Positions 20,099 through 30,931 are shown, counted from the first letter of the stretch. The stretch is 38,946 bases of DNA from Bacteroidota bacterium (GCA_022709605.1 JAKLIM010000001.1:1-38946), one strand, 5' to 3'. The notes: generated by a model from the sequence alone, not told the origin. A program made the numbers and translations.

Positions 20099-20962
20099 TT
20101 AATCAAAAGATTTGCGCATCGATCTGATTAAACCTTGTGGAGATCCTTCAGTAGCAATTATTCTGCGTACTGTTTGGAGTGGCATCAATGAATCGCGCTT
20201 GGTTGATAACGAAAACGAAAGTTTGAAATATTGGCTGAGTCCCATCACACTTTCGTGATTGAAAATGCCATAAGGATGCGCCCAGTAACTTACGTTTGTC
20301 CCTGTTATCGATTCTAATTTTTTGCGGGGTTCAATGACCTGTTTTTCCCAATCTGCGGGTTCCTTGTACTTGGTAATCATGGTGTGATCCCAACTATGCA
20401 TTCCAATGGTATGTCCGGCTTGCGCAAGTTGAGCAATCTGTTCAGTTTTCATGTAGTTTTTCTTATTATACGTTATTGTCATAATAAAAAAAGCGCCTCT
20501 GAATCCATATTGCTCAAGTATCGGTGCTGCAATTTCGGCATGTTCCACCCGCGAATCGTCAAAAGTAATTACAAATGGTTTATCGGGCAGAGTTTTATTA
20601 TACACTAAATAATCGTACAACTGGTCGGGCAGAATCGAATGGAAACCGCTGTCGGAAAGCGTTTTAATTTGCGAAGTAAATGTGGCCGGACTAACCGTAT
20701 ATTCATCGTTGCGACCATTGGCAATGCGATGAAAGCAAATGACCGGAACCTGGGGTTTTGCAAGTATCTGTTCGGTCGAATTCTTTTCTAAAGCTACACT
20801 GTCTTTAACTACAGCGTTGGTTTGCGATTTGGAATTACTTTGCTTCTGATTTCCGGAGTTGCAACTGAGAACCAAAAAACTACAAAGAATAATACTTGAA
20901 ATGATAAATTTATTGTGACCAGAAACTCTTAAACGGCCATCTTTTTTATTATTTTTTTTCAT
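20099..20962 (-). CDS. Polysaccharide deacetylase (CE4/NodB, IcaB/PgaB-like) lipoprotein
   Basis: Lipobox 'VLSC'. Motifs 'PVICFHRI', 'ITFDD', 'MHSWDH' and 'AHPYG'. Start is uncertain (ATG 20962 versus GTG 20995). Confidence 0.88.
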   Translation of the reverse strand: MKKNNKKDGRLRVSGHNKFIISSIILCSFLVLSCNSGNQKQSNSKSQTNAVVKDSVALEKNSTEQILAKPQVPVICFHRIANGRNDEYTVSPATFTSQIKTLSDSGFHSILPDQLYDYLVYNKTLPDKPFVITFDDSRVEHAEIAAPILEQYGFRGAFFIMTITYNKKNYMKTEQIAQLAQAGHTIGMHSWDHTMITKYKEPADWEKQVIEPRKKLESITGTNVSYWAHPYGIFNHESVMGLSQYFKLSFSLSTKRDSLMPLQTVRRIIATEGSPQGLIRSMRKSFD

Positions 20963-21040
20963 AATTAAATGTTGGATTGTCCTGAAAATTTTCACACAAT
21001 GCCTTCAAAATATTCTATTTCAATTTTAAATAATCAGGCT

Positions 21041-22441
21041 TTACTTTTTTATCGATTGATAAATCACTTCCTGAATTTTTGGACGTATACTCATGGCAGC
21101 CAGTTTATTTGGCCCATCAGCCGGATAAGTTCGGTTGCTTAAAAACACATATATCAATTTATTTACCGGATCGACCCAACAGCAAGTGCCGGTGTAACCT
21201 GTATGACCATAAACAGCCTGTGGTGCCGAATTACAACACGGATTATTGTTCGGTTTCGATGGAACCGGTTTGTCAAACCCAAGTCCGCGCCTTCCGCTTG
21301 CCGACACAGTGGTGGTAAAAAGCTCACAAGTTTCGGCACAAAGGTACGACATTCCTTCATATTCACCATTGTTAAGCAACATTTGATAAACAGCAGCAAC
21401 ATCTGCGGCCGTTGAAAATAAACCTGCATTGCCCGAAACTCCGCCTAAAAATGCCGCTGAAGGATCATGAACATAGCCCTGAATTACGCCTTTGCGCAAA
21501 TAATCTTTTTTTAATGTAGGTGCAATCTCATCTATTTTGTGCTTACGCAATGGAAGATAAGCTATATTCCTCAGTTTCATTGTTAAAAAGAATTCTTTGT
21601 CTAAAAACAAATCCATGGGCATTCCGCTGATAGTTTCGGCAATTTCTTTTAAAATAATAAAGTTGATACAACTGTACAGATAGGTTTTGTTCCCAACCCG
21701 TGCATTGGCAATCATCTGCATTGCAGCTTCGTGAAACCTGTAATGCAAATAAAAACTATCAGAAACCTGAAGTGTAAATTCAGGCGAAGGCACGTTCGAA
21801 ACCAGGTCTTCTTTGTATTTTGAAGTCGTACTGTTCAGGGTCACATAATGTGGATTTTCATTCGTAGTTGTCATGAATGAAGGTGTACTTTTAGCCTCAA
21901 TAGCCAGATTTTGAAACGGAAGTCCTGCCGGCAAACCGGTTTCGTGAAACAGCAAATCGGTTATCGTGATGTTTTCCTTGTCGGTCCCTTTAAGAAATGC
22001 AAGATAAACCGAAGCCTTATCTGTTAGTTTCAGTTTGCCCTGATCATAAAGTTTCATGATGGCGAGCAAAGTACCGGTGGTTTTTGAAAGCGAAGCCAGA
22101 TCGTACATCGTCGTTGGCTGTACTTTTTGCTTTGACTCATATGAATAATACCCGAAACTCTTGTTATAAACCGTTTTATTATCCTTCATTACCAACACTA
22201 TACAACCCGGGAATGCACTGACATTCAGACCATCATATACAATTGAATCTATTCGCAACAAAGTCGATGAATTCATCCCAACACTTTCGGGCGAATACAA
22301 AACGGTAGAATCAGTGGAAAGTGAAATGCTATCTCCGGAAACAACATTTACGAAATCGTTGTTTGAGAAATTATTCCCTGCCCGATTACATACAAATATG
22401 AAAAATAATAAAACGAGTATGCTGATTTTTTGTATTCGCAT
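21041..22441 (-). CDS. Serine hydrolase, beta-lactamase class C / AmpC-like family
   Basis: SxxK 'YDLASLSKT', 'LLFHETGL', 'YSCINF', 'GYVHDP', 'GNAGLFS' and 'GHTGYTG'. The ATG at 22441 is preferred over the upstream GTG. Confidence 0.9.
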   Translation of the reverse strand: MRIQKISILVLLFFIFVCNRAGNNFSNNDFVNVVSGDSISLSTDSTVLYSPESVGMNSSTLLRIDSIVYDGLNVSAFPGCIVLVMKDNKTVYNKSFGYYSYESKQKVQPTTMYDLASLSKTTGTLLAIMKLYDQGKLKLTDKASVYLAFLKGTDKENITITDLLFHETGLPAGLPFQNLAIEAKSTPSFMTTTNENPHYVTLNSTTSKYKEDLVSNVPSPEFTLQVSDSFYLHYRFHEAAMQMIANARVGNKTYLYSCINFIILKEIAETISGMPMDLFLDKEFFLTMKLRNIAYLPLRKHKIDEIAPTLKKDYLRKGVIQGYVHDPSAAFLGGVSGNAGLFSTAADVAAVYQMLLNNGEYEGMSYLCAETCELFTTTVSASGRRGLGFDKPVPSKPNNNPCCNSAPQAVYGHTGYTGTCCWVDPVNKLIYVFLSNRTYPADGPNKLAAMSIRPKIQEVIYQSIKK

Positions 22442-22572
22442 AATTTGATGCTGTTTTTTTTTGAAAAATTGTAAATTTAACAACACTTCTGATTCCTGAC
22501 CCGCAAAATAAATGAACTGATTTTATTTAACTATCACTGTATGAGGAATTCATAAAAGTCGGAACTACAATA

Positions 22573-22580
22573 CAAACTTA
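22573..22580 (-). promoter_or_regulatory. Putative Bacteroidota -7 promoter box for the serine hydrolase operon
   Basis: Minus strand reads TAAGTTTG (TAnnTTTG). Confidence 0.45.
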
Positions 22581-22864
22581 CGAATTGATTTTGATTATTC
22601 AGTCGAATACGTGCAGTTAATTTCAAAAAAATTGACTTTACGTTATAAAGAGATACATCAACACTTTGTTCAGAAAAAAACAGATTTCGAAATTTATATA
22701 AGGGTTTTTTAATAAATTTAAATAAACAATTATCTTTCGGGGGTGTTTAGGAGAGTAAACTCTTTTTTATGCAAAAATTTTCTTTGTCAATTAAACCATA
22801 GCCTTCAAAAGAAGTCAAATCTGCTCAATTAAAAAACCCAAAAGTATTTCCAATTATTTATTCA

Positions 22865-25345
22865 ATGAAAAAAATAGTATTATCGCTCTTATTCGCAGCT
22901 TTCACCTTTCCATTATTTGCTTTGTATACCATAAAAGGTAAAATAGTTGATGCCACCACCCAATCGCCATTAGATTATGTAAATGTAGCATTATTTAAAG
23001 AAAACGAAGAAGCCCCCGCAGCCGGCGTTGTTTCGGATGCAAAAGGTGATTTTATATTACCCAGTGTACCCAACGGAAAATATTTTCTCAGGGTCAGTTT
23101 TGTTGGTTACAATTCCATAAATCTACCGTTGAATGTAACCGACAAGGAACTCAACATGGGTAAGATCAAATTGGTGGAAAACAGCAAAGCCCTTTCGGAG
23201 CTTGAAGTTATAGGACAGGGAACGCAAATGCGTTTCGATATCGACAAAAAAGTTTTCAGTGTCGATCAGAATATTGCATCTGCAGGTGGTTCGGCCACAG
23301 AAGTTTTACAGAATATTCCATCGGTTGATGTTGATAACGAAGGAAATATATCGCTTCGGAACAGTGCCAACGTTGAAGTTTGGATTAACGGTAAACCATC
23401 GGGACTGACTGCCGATAACCGCGCGCAGGTTTTGCAACAAATGCCTGCCGAAAGTATTGAGTCCATTGAAGTTATGACAAACCCTTCGGCCAAATTTAAT
23501 CCCGAAGGAACTGCCGGAATTATTAACCTGGTGTTGAAGAAAAACCGCAAAGCAGGTTATTACGGAAGTGTTTCGACCGGAATAATGTATTCGGACGGAG
23601 GAAAACCGGGTGGCACATTGGGTGCAAATATTAACTACAGCAGCTCAAAAGTAGATGCTTATCTCAATTTGGGTTATCGGGCCATGAATTTCAGAGGTGG
23701 AAGTAAGGTTGATCGTTACAGCCTTTCGGGTACGGATACATTAAGCTTGTTAGAGCAAAATTCTGTTATGAATCGTTCGTACGGAGGATTGTTTATGCGT
23801 GCCGGCGCCGATTATCATCTCGATGATAAAAATACAATTAGTCTTGGTGGATTCGGCATGATGGGTTCGGGAACAGAATCCTCAGTTATTAATAATAAGC
23901 TTACCAATTTGCCGGAAAATGATTTGCTTCGCAATTATAAACGTGATAATTCAGGTGATGGAATTCGTCAGGCGATGAATGTTACATTGGATTACAAACA
24001 TGATTTCGACACCAAAGGCTCAAATTTACTTGCGAGTATAGCTTATTCACAGCATAAACATGGTGGCGACAATTCCATTGTTCAAACAAACTTGCTTGAT
24101 AATAATATTATTAATCAGAATATAACTCAAACAAATTTGGGGCAGAACCGCGAATTGCAGTTCAAAACAGATTACACGAGTAAATTTTCGGAAACCGGAA
24201 GATTGGAAGCCGGTTGGCAAAGTACAATTCAATCGAGGTTAAGTCCTGCTTCGGCGGTTGATAACCTTACGAATAAAGAGATTGAAGCCTATTTTAATGA
24301 TTACAAATACAACGAACAAATTCATGCGGCGTATTTAACGTATGGCAACAGGTTTTTTGAAAAACTAAGCGTACAGGGCGGCTTACGTGCTGAATATCTG
24401 ATTCGTTCTTCGGAAAACACCTACAAGGACAAAGACAATAACTGGAACGAAAAAATACTTCCTGTTGATTTTAATCCGATATTTAAATTATTTCCAAGCG
24501 TTTATCTTTCGTATTCATTGCCCAAAAACAATGAATTGCAGATAAATTATACCAACAGGGTCAATCGTCCGAGAGGAAGACAGATTAACCCGTTTCGTGA
24601 TTTTTCCGATTCGACAAATATCTCGTACGGTAATCCTAATCTTGAACCCGAATATTCTTCATCGCTTGAATTTAATTACCTGAAAAGCTGGGATAATCAT
24701 TCACTTTCAGCATCTGCATATTATCGTTATACCGATCAGGTAATTCAGGGAGTAAGTTTTATAAACAAAGGGACCATGGAAAGCACCTTTATGAACCTTA
24801 CAAAGTCAACAAATTCCGGCGTTGAACTGGTGGCAAAGAACCGTATTTTTAAAATTGTGAATCTGACTTCGTCGTTGAATTTTTTCTACAATAAACTCGA
24901 TTCATCATTGTATCAAAATCCTTACGATAATACGATTACAAGCATAATTCCTGTTCAACAGAATTTTTCATGGAGTGGTCGGGTTATGGCTAATATTATT
25001 CTCGGAAAAACAACTTTCGGGCAATTTACAGCCGATTATTCGGCTCCACGGTTGATAGCACAGGGAAAAGAAACTGCAAGTTACTCCATCGATTTGGGAT
25101 TGCGTCAAACTTTCTTCGACCGCAATCTGAGCCTCAATTTCATGGTGCGCGATTTACTTAACACCCGCAAACGCAATACTGTAACCTGGGGCGAAGGTTT
25201 TTATCAAACCAACGAATCGTATTTTCACGGTCGTATGATTGGACTTACTGCTACTTATAACTTTGGTAATATGAAACCGAAAAAATCGGATAAAAAACCG
25301 GAAAGCAATTCTTCTGATATGAATATGGATGAAGGAATGGATTAA
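22865..25345 (+). CDS. TonB-dependent receptor-like outer-membrane beta-barrel protein
   Basis: Signal peptide and CarboxypepD_reg-like domain. Plug 'EVLQNIPSVDVDNEGNISLR', 'IESIEVMTNPSAKFNPEGTAGIINLVLKK'. Barrel motifs 'YGNPNLEPEY' and 'TYNFG'. Confidence 0.9.
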   Translation: MKKIVLSLLFAAFTFPLFALYTIKGKIVDATTQSPLDYVNVALFKENEEAPAAGVVSDAKGDFILPSVPNGKYFLRVSFVGYNSINLPLNVTDKELNMGKIKLVENSKALSELEVIGQGTQMRFDIDKKVFSVDQNIASAGGSATEVLQNIPSVDVDNEGNISLRNSANVEVWINGKPSGLTADNRAQVLQQMPAESIESIEVMTNPSAKFNPEGTAGIINLVLKKNRKAGYYGSVSTGIMYSDGGKPGGTLGANINYSSSKVDAYLNLGYRAMNFRGGSKVDRYSLSGTDTLSLLEQNSVMNRSYGGLFMRAGADYHLDDKNTISLGGFGMMGSGTESSVINNKLTNLPENDLLRNYKRDNSGDGIRQAMNVTLDYKHDFDTKGSNLLASIAYSQHKHGGDNSIVQTNLLDNNIINQNITQTNLGQNRELQFKTDYTSKFSETGRLEAGWQSTIQSRLSPASAVDNLTNKEIEAYFNDYKYNEQIHAAYLTYGNRFFEKLSVQGGLRAEYLIRSSENTYKDKDNNWNEKILPVDFNPIFKLFPSVYLSYSLPKNNELQINYTNRVNRPRGRQINPFRDFSDSTNISYGNPNLEPEYSSSLEFNYLKSWDNHSLSASAYYRYTDQVIQGVSFINKGTMESTFMNLTKSTNSGVELVAKNRIFKIVNLTSSLNFFYNKLDSSLYQNPYDNTITSIIPVQQNFSWSGRVMANIILGKTTFGQFTADYSAPRLIAQGKETASYSIDLGLRQTFFDRNLSLNFMVRDLLNTRKRNTVTWGEGFYQTNESYFHGRMIGLTATYNFGNMKPKKSDKKPESNSSDMNMDEGMD

Positions 25346-25383
25346 ATTCAATGTTTCACGTCCGTGTTTCGGGTTAGTTTTCT

Positions 25384-26142
25384 TTATTTGCTGCGACGGC
25401 GGAATTCGGCACAAACGATGGCCGTGGCAACACTTACGTTAAGTGACTCTGATGTTACTTCACCCTTTGGAAAGTTAGGAATCAGCAAACGGCTGGTTAC
25501 TAACTTTTCTATTTCGGGCGATATGCCGTTCCCTTCGTTACCCATTACAATGATCCCATTTTCTGTCAGCGTTTGGTCATAAACATCTTTTCCATCCATA
25601 AAAGTTCCGTAAACCGGAATTTCAGCAGGAATTTCATTTAAAAATATTCCGAGATTTACATAATGAACTTTTACGCGTGCAAGTGCTCCCATGCTTGCCT
25701 GAACAGTTTTCGGGTTGAAAGCATCGGCACAATTTTCGGAGCAAATTACATCTTTAATGCCAAACCAATCGGCTATTCGAATGATGGTTCCTAAATTTCC
25801 GGGATCCTGAACTTCGTCAAGCGCCAAACTTAATTTGGAACTCAAACTATTGGTATCTAATTTAATATCAGGCTTTTTGAAAACAGCTAAAACACCTTGT
25901 GGGTTTTTCAGGTTGGACACTTTTTTAAATTCATCCGAAGTAACCGTTTCTACTTTCATGTTTCCGAAAGGCTTATTTTCGAGCAACCATTTGTCGGTAA
26001 CAACAAGCAACGTACATTCAAACGCTTCGTTCAGGTCGTACACCAATTTGGTCCCTTCAGCCGCAAAAAGCCCTGATTCATCCCTGAATTTTTTATGCGT
26101 TAATCCTGTTATGAGTTTGATTTGATTTTTTGAAACGGACAT
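25384..26142 (-). CDS. TrmH/SpoU family RNA 2'-O-methyltransferase
   Basis: SPOUT motifs 'QDPGNLGTIIRIADWFG', 'MGNEGNGIS' and 'ESLNVSVATAI'. Confidence 0.93.
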   Translation of the reverse strand: MSVSKNQIKLITGLTHKKFRDESGLFAAEGTKLVYDLNEAFECTLLVVTDKWLLENKPFGNMKVETVTSDEFKKVSNLKNPQGVLAVFKKPDIKLDTNSLSSKLSLALDEVQDPGNLGTIIRIADWFGIKDVICSENCADAFNPKTVQASMGALARVKVHYVNLGIFLNEIPAEIPVYGTFMDGKDVYDQTLTENGIIVMGNEGNGISPEIEKLVTSRLLIPNFPKGEVTSESLNVSVATAIVCAEFRRRSK

Positions 26143-26190
26143 TTCTATAAGTAATTTTTGTGCTTGGTGATTTCAGTTGTAAAATTGCGA

Positions 26191-26303
26191 CAAAACTAAC
26201 AAAAGAAAATGAAAAACAATTAGTAATATTGCGTTTCAAATCAATTCAGCTAGAATTTTCTTGAATTATTGCCCCAATTTATCATTTACTTGAACTATAT
26301 TTG
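26191..26303. promoter_or_regulatory. Divergent promoter region with two TAnnTTTG boxes
   Basis: Minus strand TAGTTTTG at 26191-26198 (toward the TrmH gene). Plus strand TATATTTG at 26296-26303 (toward tamL). Confidence 0.55.
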
Positions 26304-26335
26304 CAAAAAATATACATTCAGTTTTATTTCAGGGT

Positions 26336-28612
26336 ATGAAAGTTCGTTTTGGTTTGCTTTTAATTTACAGTATGTTACTTATCACGTCGTGTAATGTTGC
26401 CAAACATGTTCCCGAAGGTGAGTACCTGCTCGAAAAAGTAAAAATCACAACCGATGTAAATGACATTTCGAAAGATGAACTTCTGGAATATATCAGACAA
26501 GCGCCTAATACAAAAGTATTTGGATTGTTCAGGATGCAACTTGGCATTTATAATCTGGCCGGAAAAGATACAACCAAATGGATAAACCGAACGTTAAAAA
26601 AAATCGGAGATGAGCCTGTAATTTATAATCCACTGCAGACAGCATTTTCGATAAAGCAACTTCAACTTTTGTACAAAAACAAAGGATTTATACATGCACA
26701 AATTGATACCAATATTGTTTTTAAAGGTAAAAAATCGACAATAGAATATATTGTAAAGTCAAATAAACCATTTTTATTAGGAAATTACAATGTAAATTTA
26801 ACTGATAATACACTTTTCCAGATTGCTACGGATACTTCACGCACATTAATCCGTCCGGAAATGCTTTTCGATACCGATGTTTTTAATGCTGAGCGTGAGA
26901 GAATTGCATCCCGCTACCGACAACTGGGACATTATAATTTTAATAAAGATTTTCTGATTTATAATGCCGATAGCTCACTTAATAAAAATAAGGTGGCAGT
27001 TACACTCGATTTAAGAACTGCATTAAAAGAGAAAAATAATCCGGCAAATATTAAGATTTTTAATAAATATAAAATTCGCAATATCATTTATTATAACATC
27101 AACGATTTCAATCCGGCCACTGATTTTCAAAACACTTCCAAACCCGACACCATCATTTTTAATCATTTCACTCTGATTGAGCAGAAAAAACAGTCCATCA
27201 ATATAGATGCATTAATCCAAAATACATTTATAAATCCGGGAGCTGTTTACAGCGATGCGGCGGTTGAGAGAACTTATTCGGCGCTGAATTCGCTCGGACC
27301 TGTTAAATATGTAAATATCACTTTCAGAGAAGTTGACGAGGAAAATCTCGATTGCAGTATCGTTATTGTACCTTCGAAAAACGTATCACTTTCAACCGAG
27401 CTCGAAGCCACTTATACCGACCGGTTTTGGGGTGGCGCATTTAACCTGGGCATAATCGACCGGAACGTTTTTGGCGGAGCCGAAACTTTATCGCTCGAAG
27501 GCAGAGGAGCTTTGGAGTGGCAAAGTAATGTGCTGGCTCAGGAATGGGGAGCACAGGTTGGTTTGAAATTTCCGAGTTTTTTGATGCCTTTTATTAATTC
27601 CGAAACCCGAAGGAATTTACATGCCAATACCGAATACAATACATCGTACGTTTATCAATTCAGACCGGGTGAGTTTACAACCATAAATTTGGGAGGTGGT
27701 ATCAAATATCAATGGCAGAGAAATAGATACAGGCATAGTTTCGATTTGGCGGACTTAAGCTATGTGTATTTTCCACCCGATAAATTTTCAGAGGAATTCA
27801 GACAGAATTATCTCAAGACCGGTCTTTACAATAAATACAATTACGAAGATCACTTCATACTGCGCATGGGTTATTCGGGTTCGTACAGCAATTTCAATGC
27901 AAACCGACCCATGCGCAATTACAGAACTTCGCGATATTCCTTCGAATCAGCAGGAAACCTGTTGTACGGAATAAATAATTTGCTTGGCAGTCAGAAAGAA
28001 GAAGGGTCGTACAGATTATTTAATATCCGCTACGCACAATATTTACGTGGCGAGTTCAATACAACTTATACCCAGATTATTGATAAAAATAATCGTTTTG
28101 TCTCGCATCTGGGAGTTGGAATCGGCGTGCCTTACGGCAATGCGGATGCAATACCTTACGAAAGAAGGTTTTACAGTGGTGGTGCCAACAGCGTCAGGGG
28201 TTGGAGCGAAAGTACGCTCGGTCCCGGTGTTTATTCCACTCCGGATTCGTTGAATACTCGTACTCGCGACTATAATCAGGTGGGTGACATTAAGTTGGAT
28301 TTAAATATGGAATACCGTACTAAAATGTTCTGGGTTCTCGAAGGGGCTTTATTTCTGGATGCCGGAAATATCTGGACAATTAAAGAATATTTTCCCGAAC
28401 AAAAAGGCGGAGTATTTAAACTCAATACTTTTATGAATCAGATTGCAATAGCTTATGGTGCCGGATTGCGACTGGATTTCTCATTCTTTATTTTCCGGCT
28501 CGATTTAGGCGCCCGTTTATTTGATCCGGTTCGCATAAGACGCGAGCAGTGGAGAGTAAAGCCTGATTGGTCTGATTTTGCGTTTCATTTGGCCATTGGT
28601 TATCCTTTCTAA
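26336..28612 (+). CDS. tamL: Omp85/BamA-TamA family lipoprotein (TamL)
   Basis: Lipobox 'ITSC', POTRA-like region, 'RFYSGGANSVRGW', 'FLDAGNIW' and C-terminal 'FHLAIGYPF'. Confidence 0.88.
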   Translation: MKVRFGLLLIYSMLLITSCNVAKHVPEGEYLLEKVKITTDVNDISKDELLEYIRQAPNTKVFGLFRMQLGIYNLAGKDTTKWINRTLKKIGDEPVIYNPLQTAFSIKQLQLLYKNKGFIHAQIDTNIVFKGKKSTIEYIVKSNKPFLLGNYNVNLTDNTLFQIATDTSRTLIRPEMLFDTDVFNAERERIASRYRQLGHYNFNKDFLIYNADSSLNKNKVAVTLDLRTALKEKNNPANIKIFNKYKIRNIIYYNINDFNPATDFQNTSKPDTIIFNHFTLIEQKKQSINIDALIQNTFINPGAVYSDAAVERTYSALNSLGPVKYVNITFREVDEENLDCSIVIVPSKNVSLSTELEATYTDRFWGGAFNLGIIDRNVFGGAETLSLEGRGALEWQSNVLAQEWGAQVGLKFPSFLMPFINSETRRNLHANTEYNTSYVYQFRPGEFTTINLGGGIKYQWQRNRYRHSFDLADLSYVYFPPDKFSEEFRQNYLKTGLYNKYNYEDHFILRMGYSGSYSNFNANRPMRNYRTSRYSFESAGNLLYGINNLLGSQKEEGSYRLFNIRYAQYLRGEFNTTYTQIIDKNNRFVSHLGVGIGVPYGNADAIPYERRFYSGGANSVRGWSESTLGPGVYSTPDSLNTRTRDYNQVGDIKLDLNMEYRTKMFWVLEGALFLDAGNIWTIKEYFPEQKGGVFKLNTFMNQIAIAYGAGLRLDFSFFIFRLDLGARLFDPVRIRREQWRVKPDWSDFAFHLAIGYPF

Positions 28613-28882
28613 AGCGTATTTATTTCACAAACTTTCTCATTCTCATCTTTCCTTTTTTTGCTGAAAAATAATTTTTCTGCATTTGTTATAGCGCATATTT
28701 ACAAACCAAAATTAGCTCATTCTCATACACTTGAGCAATATAATTCGAGTTATAATATTTTAGCTCGCATACATTTACCCTCGAATTTTGCAACTTGATT
28801 CACCCTCATTTAAATGAAACAAATGCGTGAAATATATAACATTTAATTTTCATTGTGTAACACCCCACTTGTAAGGTACATC

Positions 28883-28890
28883 TATCTTTG
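28883..28890 (+). promoter_or_regulatory. Putative -7 promoter box for the OmpA gene (~200-nt leader)
   Basis: TATCTTTG matches TAnnTTTG. Confidence 0.45.
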
Positions 28891-29093
28891 TTAAAAAGTG
28901 AAAAAGCATTCACTAAAGAAATATACCTGTATTTTTCCGCTTCAATTATCAAACAATAATTCTCATTTCTGATCAACATTTACAGTCATTTATTTTGAAA
29001 TAAATTTCACATTGAATTGATAATATAATTGAAAATCAAAAAAAAACTCACGAACGAATAACTCTATTTAAATTATTTAAAAACTAAAAAAAA

Positions 29094-30275
29094 ATGAAAA
29101 AACTATTCTTTGCTGTATTATTAATAGCCGGTACTATTATGTATACATTTTCGCAAACAACTACTGATGCAGCTCATTGGTCCTTCGCTCTTAAAGGAGG
29201 CGTGGATTATTTTAACATTGAACCTTCGGGAGACGATTTAACTGACAATGGAAGTTGGGGAGCCGGCGCTTCATTGGAATACACCATTAACCCTTTGGTT
29301 GGTGTAGGATTAAACCTTGATTGGTTAAACTTTAACCGTTCTAGTATTATGGGTAAAACCATTGATCCAAGCATTTTTACATCGATAAATTTGTCGAATC
29401 TATTGATACCAAGACGTGAAAATGCAAAACTTAATTTTTATGCTAATTTTGGTACGGGTGTAGGTTTTGGCAGTTATTCTGATTTGGTTCTTCCCACAAC
29501 AACTTATCCCAGAGTAGTTGCCAGCTCGGGAAACGTAACCAGTGCGCTTGCTTATACTGGTTTGGCTATGGAATATAATGTCAGTAAACTTCTTGGAATC
29601 GGTCTGGAAAGCACCTACCGTGGTTACATTACACCCAAAACAAATTACCTTAATTACAACGATTGTTATACCATTGCGGCAACACTTCGTGTAAAATTGG
29701 GCACAGGAAGCAAAACTCACGTTCGTGATATGACCAGATATGATTATTATCCGGATCCTGTACCTGTTATCAAAGAAGTAGAAAACAATTATGATGACTC
29801 TGGTATAATCAAACGTTTGGACGGTATTGATAAATTTAATCAGGACATTCTGAATCGCTTAAACAAAATGGATGCAGATGTAAAATCACTTAAAGACAGA
29901 CCGGCCGGATCAACTGTAAACGCCTCATTTCCTAATATCGAATTTGATTTTAATTCTTCAAAAATTACCAAAGATTCTTATTCAACTTTAGATCAAATTG
30001 CTTCAATTTTGAAAAAAAATCCAACCTGGGGCAAATTATTGATCAAAGGATATACCGATAACATTGGTTCTAATGCATACAACATGAAATTGTCGGAAGA
30101 ACGTGCTACTTCTGTAAAAAATTATCTTGAAAGCAAAGGAGTTACAAGTTCAACTATGATAACAGATGGTTTAGGCGAGAGTCAACCAATAGCACCTAAC
30201 GAAAAAGCGAACGATACCGATAATCCAAAAGGTCGTCAGGATAATCGTCGCGTAGAGTTTGAAATTTCAAAATAA
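29094..30275 (+). CDS. OmpA family protein (N-terminal beta-barrel, C-terminal peptidoglycan-binding domain)
   Basis: 'IEFDFNSS', 'GYTDNIGSNAYNMKLSEERA', 'GLGESQP' and 'NRRVEF'. Confidence 0.93.
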   Translation: MKKLFFAVLLIAGTIMYTFSQTTTDAAHWSFALKGGVDYFNIEPSGDDLTDNGSWGAGASLEYTINPLVGVGLNLDWLNFNRSSIMGKTIDPSIFTSINLSNLLIPRRENAKLNFYANFGTGVGFGSYSDLVLPTTTYPRVVASSGNVTSALAYTGLAMEYNVSKLLGIGLESTYRGYITPKTNYLNYNDCYTIAATLRVKLGTGSKTHVRDMTRYDYYPDPVPVIKEVENNYDDSGIIKRLDGIDKFNQDILNRLNKMDADVKSLKDRPAGSTVNASFPNIEFDFNSSKITKDSYSTLDQIASILKKNPTWGKLLIKGYTDNIGSNAYNMKLSEERATSVKNYLESKGVTSSTMITDGLGESQPIAPNEKANDTDNPKGRQDNRRVEFEISK

Positions 30276-30300
30276 AAAAGAATGTTTAGTTAACAAAATT

Positions 30301-30331
30301 GAGGGTGGCCGGTGCGGTCACCCTTTTTTTT
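30301..30331. terminator. Rho-independent terminator between convergent OmpA and rnhB
   Basis: AGGGTGGCCG-gtg-CGGTCACCCT followed by a T run. Confidence 0.85.
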
Positions 30332-30340
30332 GTTTGTATT

Positions 30341-30931
30341 TTACTTTGATTTTCCTAATAAATTATATGTCATTCTATGATAAGGAGTTGTTCCGAATAA
30401 TTTTATAGCTTCGCGGTGTTTTTTGGTTGGGTATGCTTTGTTAATTCTCCAGCCATACCCGGGATATTTCAAATCCAAATCAATCATCAGTTCGTCACGA
30501 TGTGTTTTGGCGAGCACCGAAGCTGCAGCAATTGAAAGGTATTTGCTATCGCCTTTTACAATGGTTTTATGCGGAATATCATTGTATGCTTTGAATCTGT
30601 TCCCGTCAACAATAATGAATTCAGGAAGTACATCAAGTTTATCCAAAGCCCGATGCATCGCCAGAATTGAGGCATTCAGGATATTAATTTCGTCTATTTC
30701 AATATTGCTTACTTCGGCAACAGCCCACGCAATGGCTTCACGTTCAATAATGGGGCGAAGCGCATTTCTTTGTTTTTCGGTGAGTTGTTTCGAATCATTC
30801 AGTTGCGGACACACAAAATCGACCGGTAATATTACTGCTGCAGCCACTACCGGTCCTGCCAAACAACCACGTCCGGCTTCGTCGCAACCGCACTCAAATT
30901 CAAAAGTTGAAAAATTGGGGAGTAAATTCAT
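30341..30931 (-). CDS. rnhB: Ribonuclease HII
   Basis: '[19 protein letters not shown]', 'LNDSKQL', 'VDGN' and '[22 protein letters not shown]'. The ATG at 30931 is preferred. Confidence 0.96.
   Translation of the reverse strand: MNLLPNFSTFEFECGCDEAGRGCLAGPVVAAAVILPVDFVCPQLNDSKQLTEKQRNALRPIIEREAIAWAVAEVSNIEIDEINILNASILAMHRALDKLDVLPEFIIVDGNRFKAYNDIPHKTIVKGDSKYLSIAAASVLAKTHRDELMIDLDLKYPGYGWRINKAYPTKKHREAIKLFGTTPYHRMTYNLLGKSK

Noticed and set aside
21041-22441. Antibiotic-resistance beta-lactamase
   Set aside because: It has SxxK, but YSC and HTG replace the AmpC YxN and KTG motifs. This fits the broad esterase/peptidase branch, and resistance cannot be claimed.
22794-22816. ECF-type promoter pattern (AAC-N17-GTC) upstream of the beta-barrel gene
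   Set aside because: Too short to distinguish from chance without TSS data.
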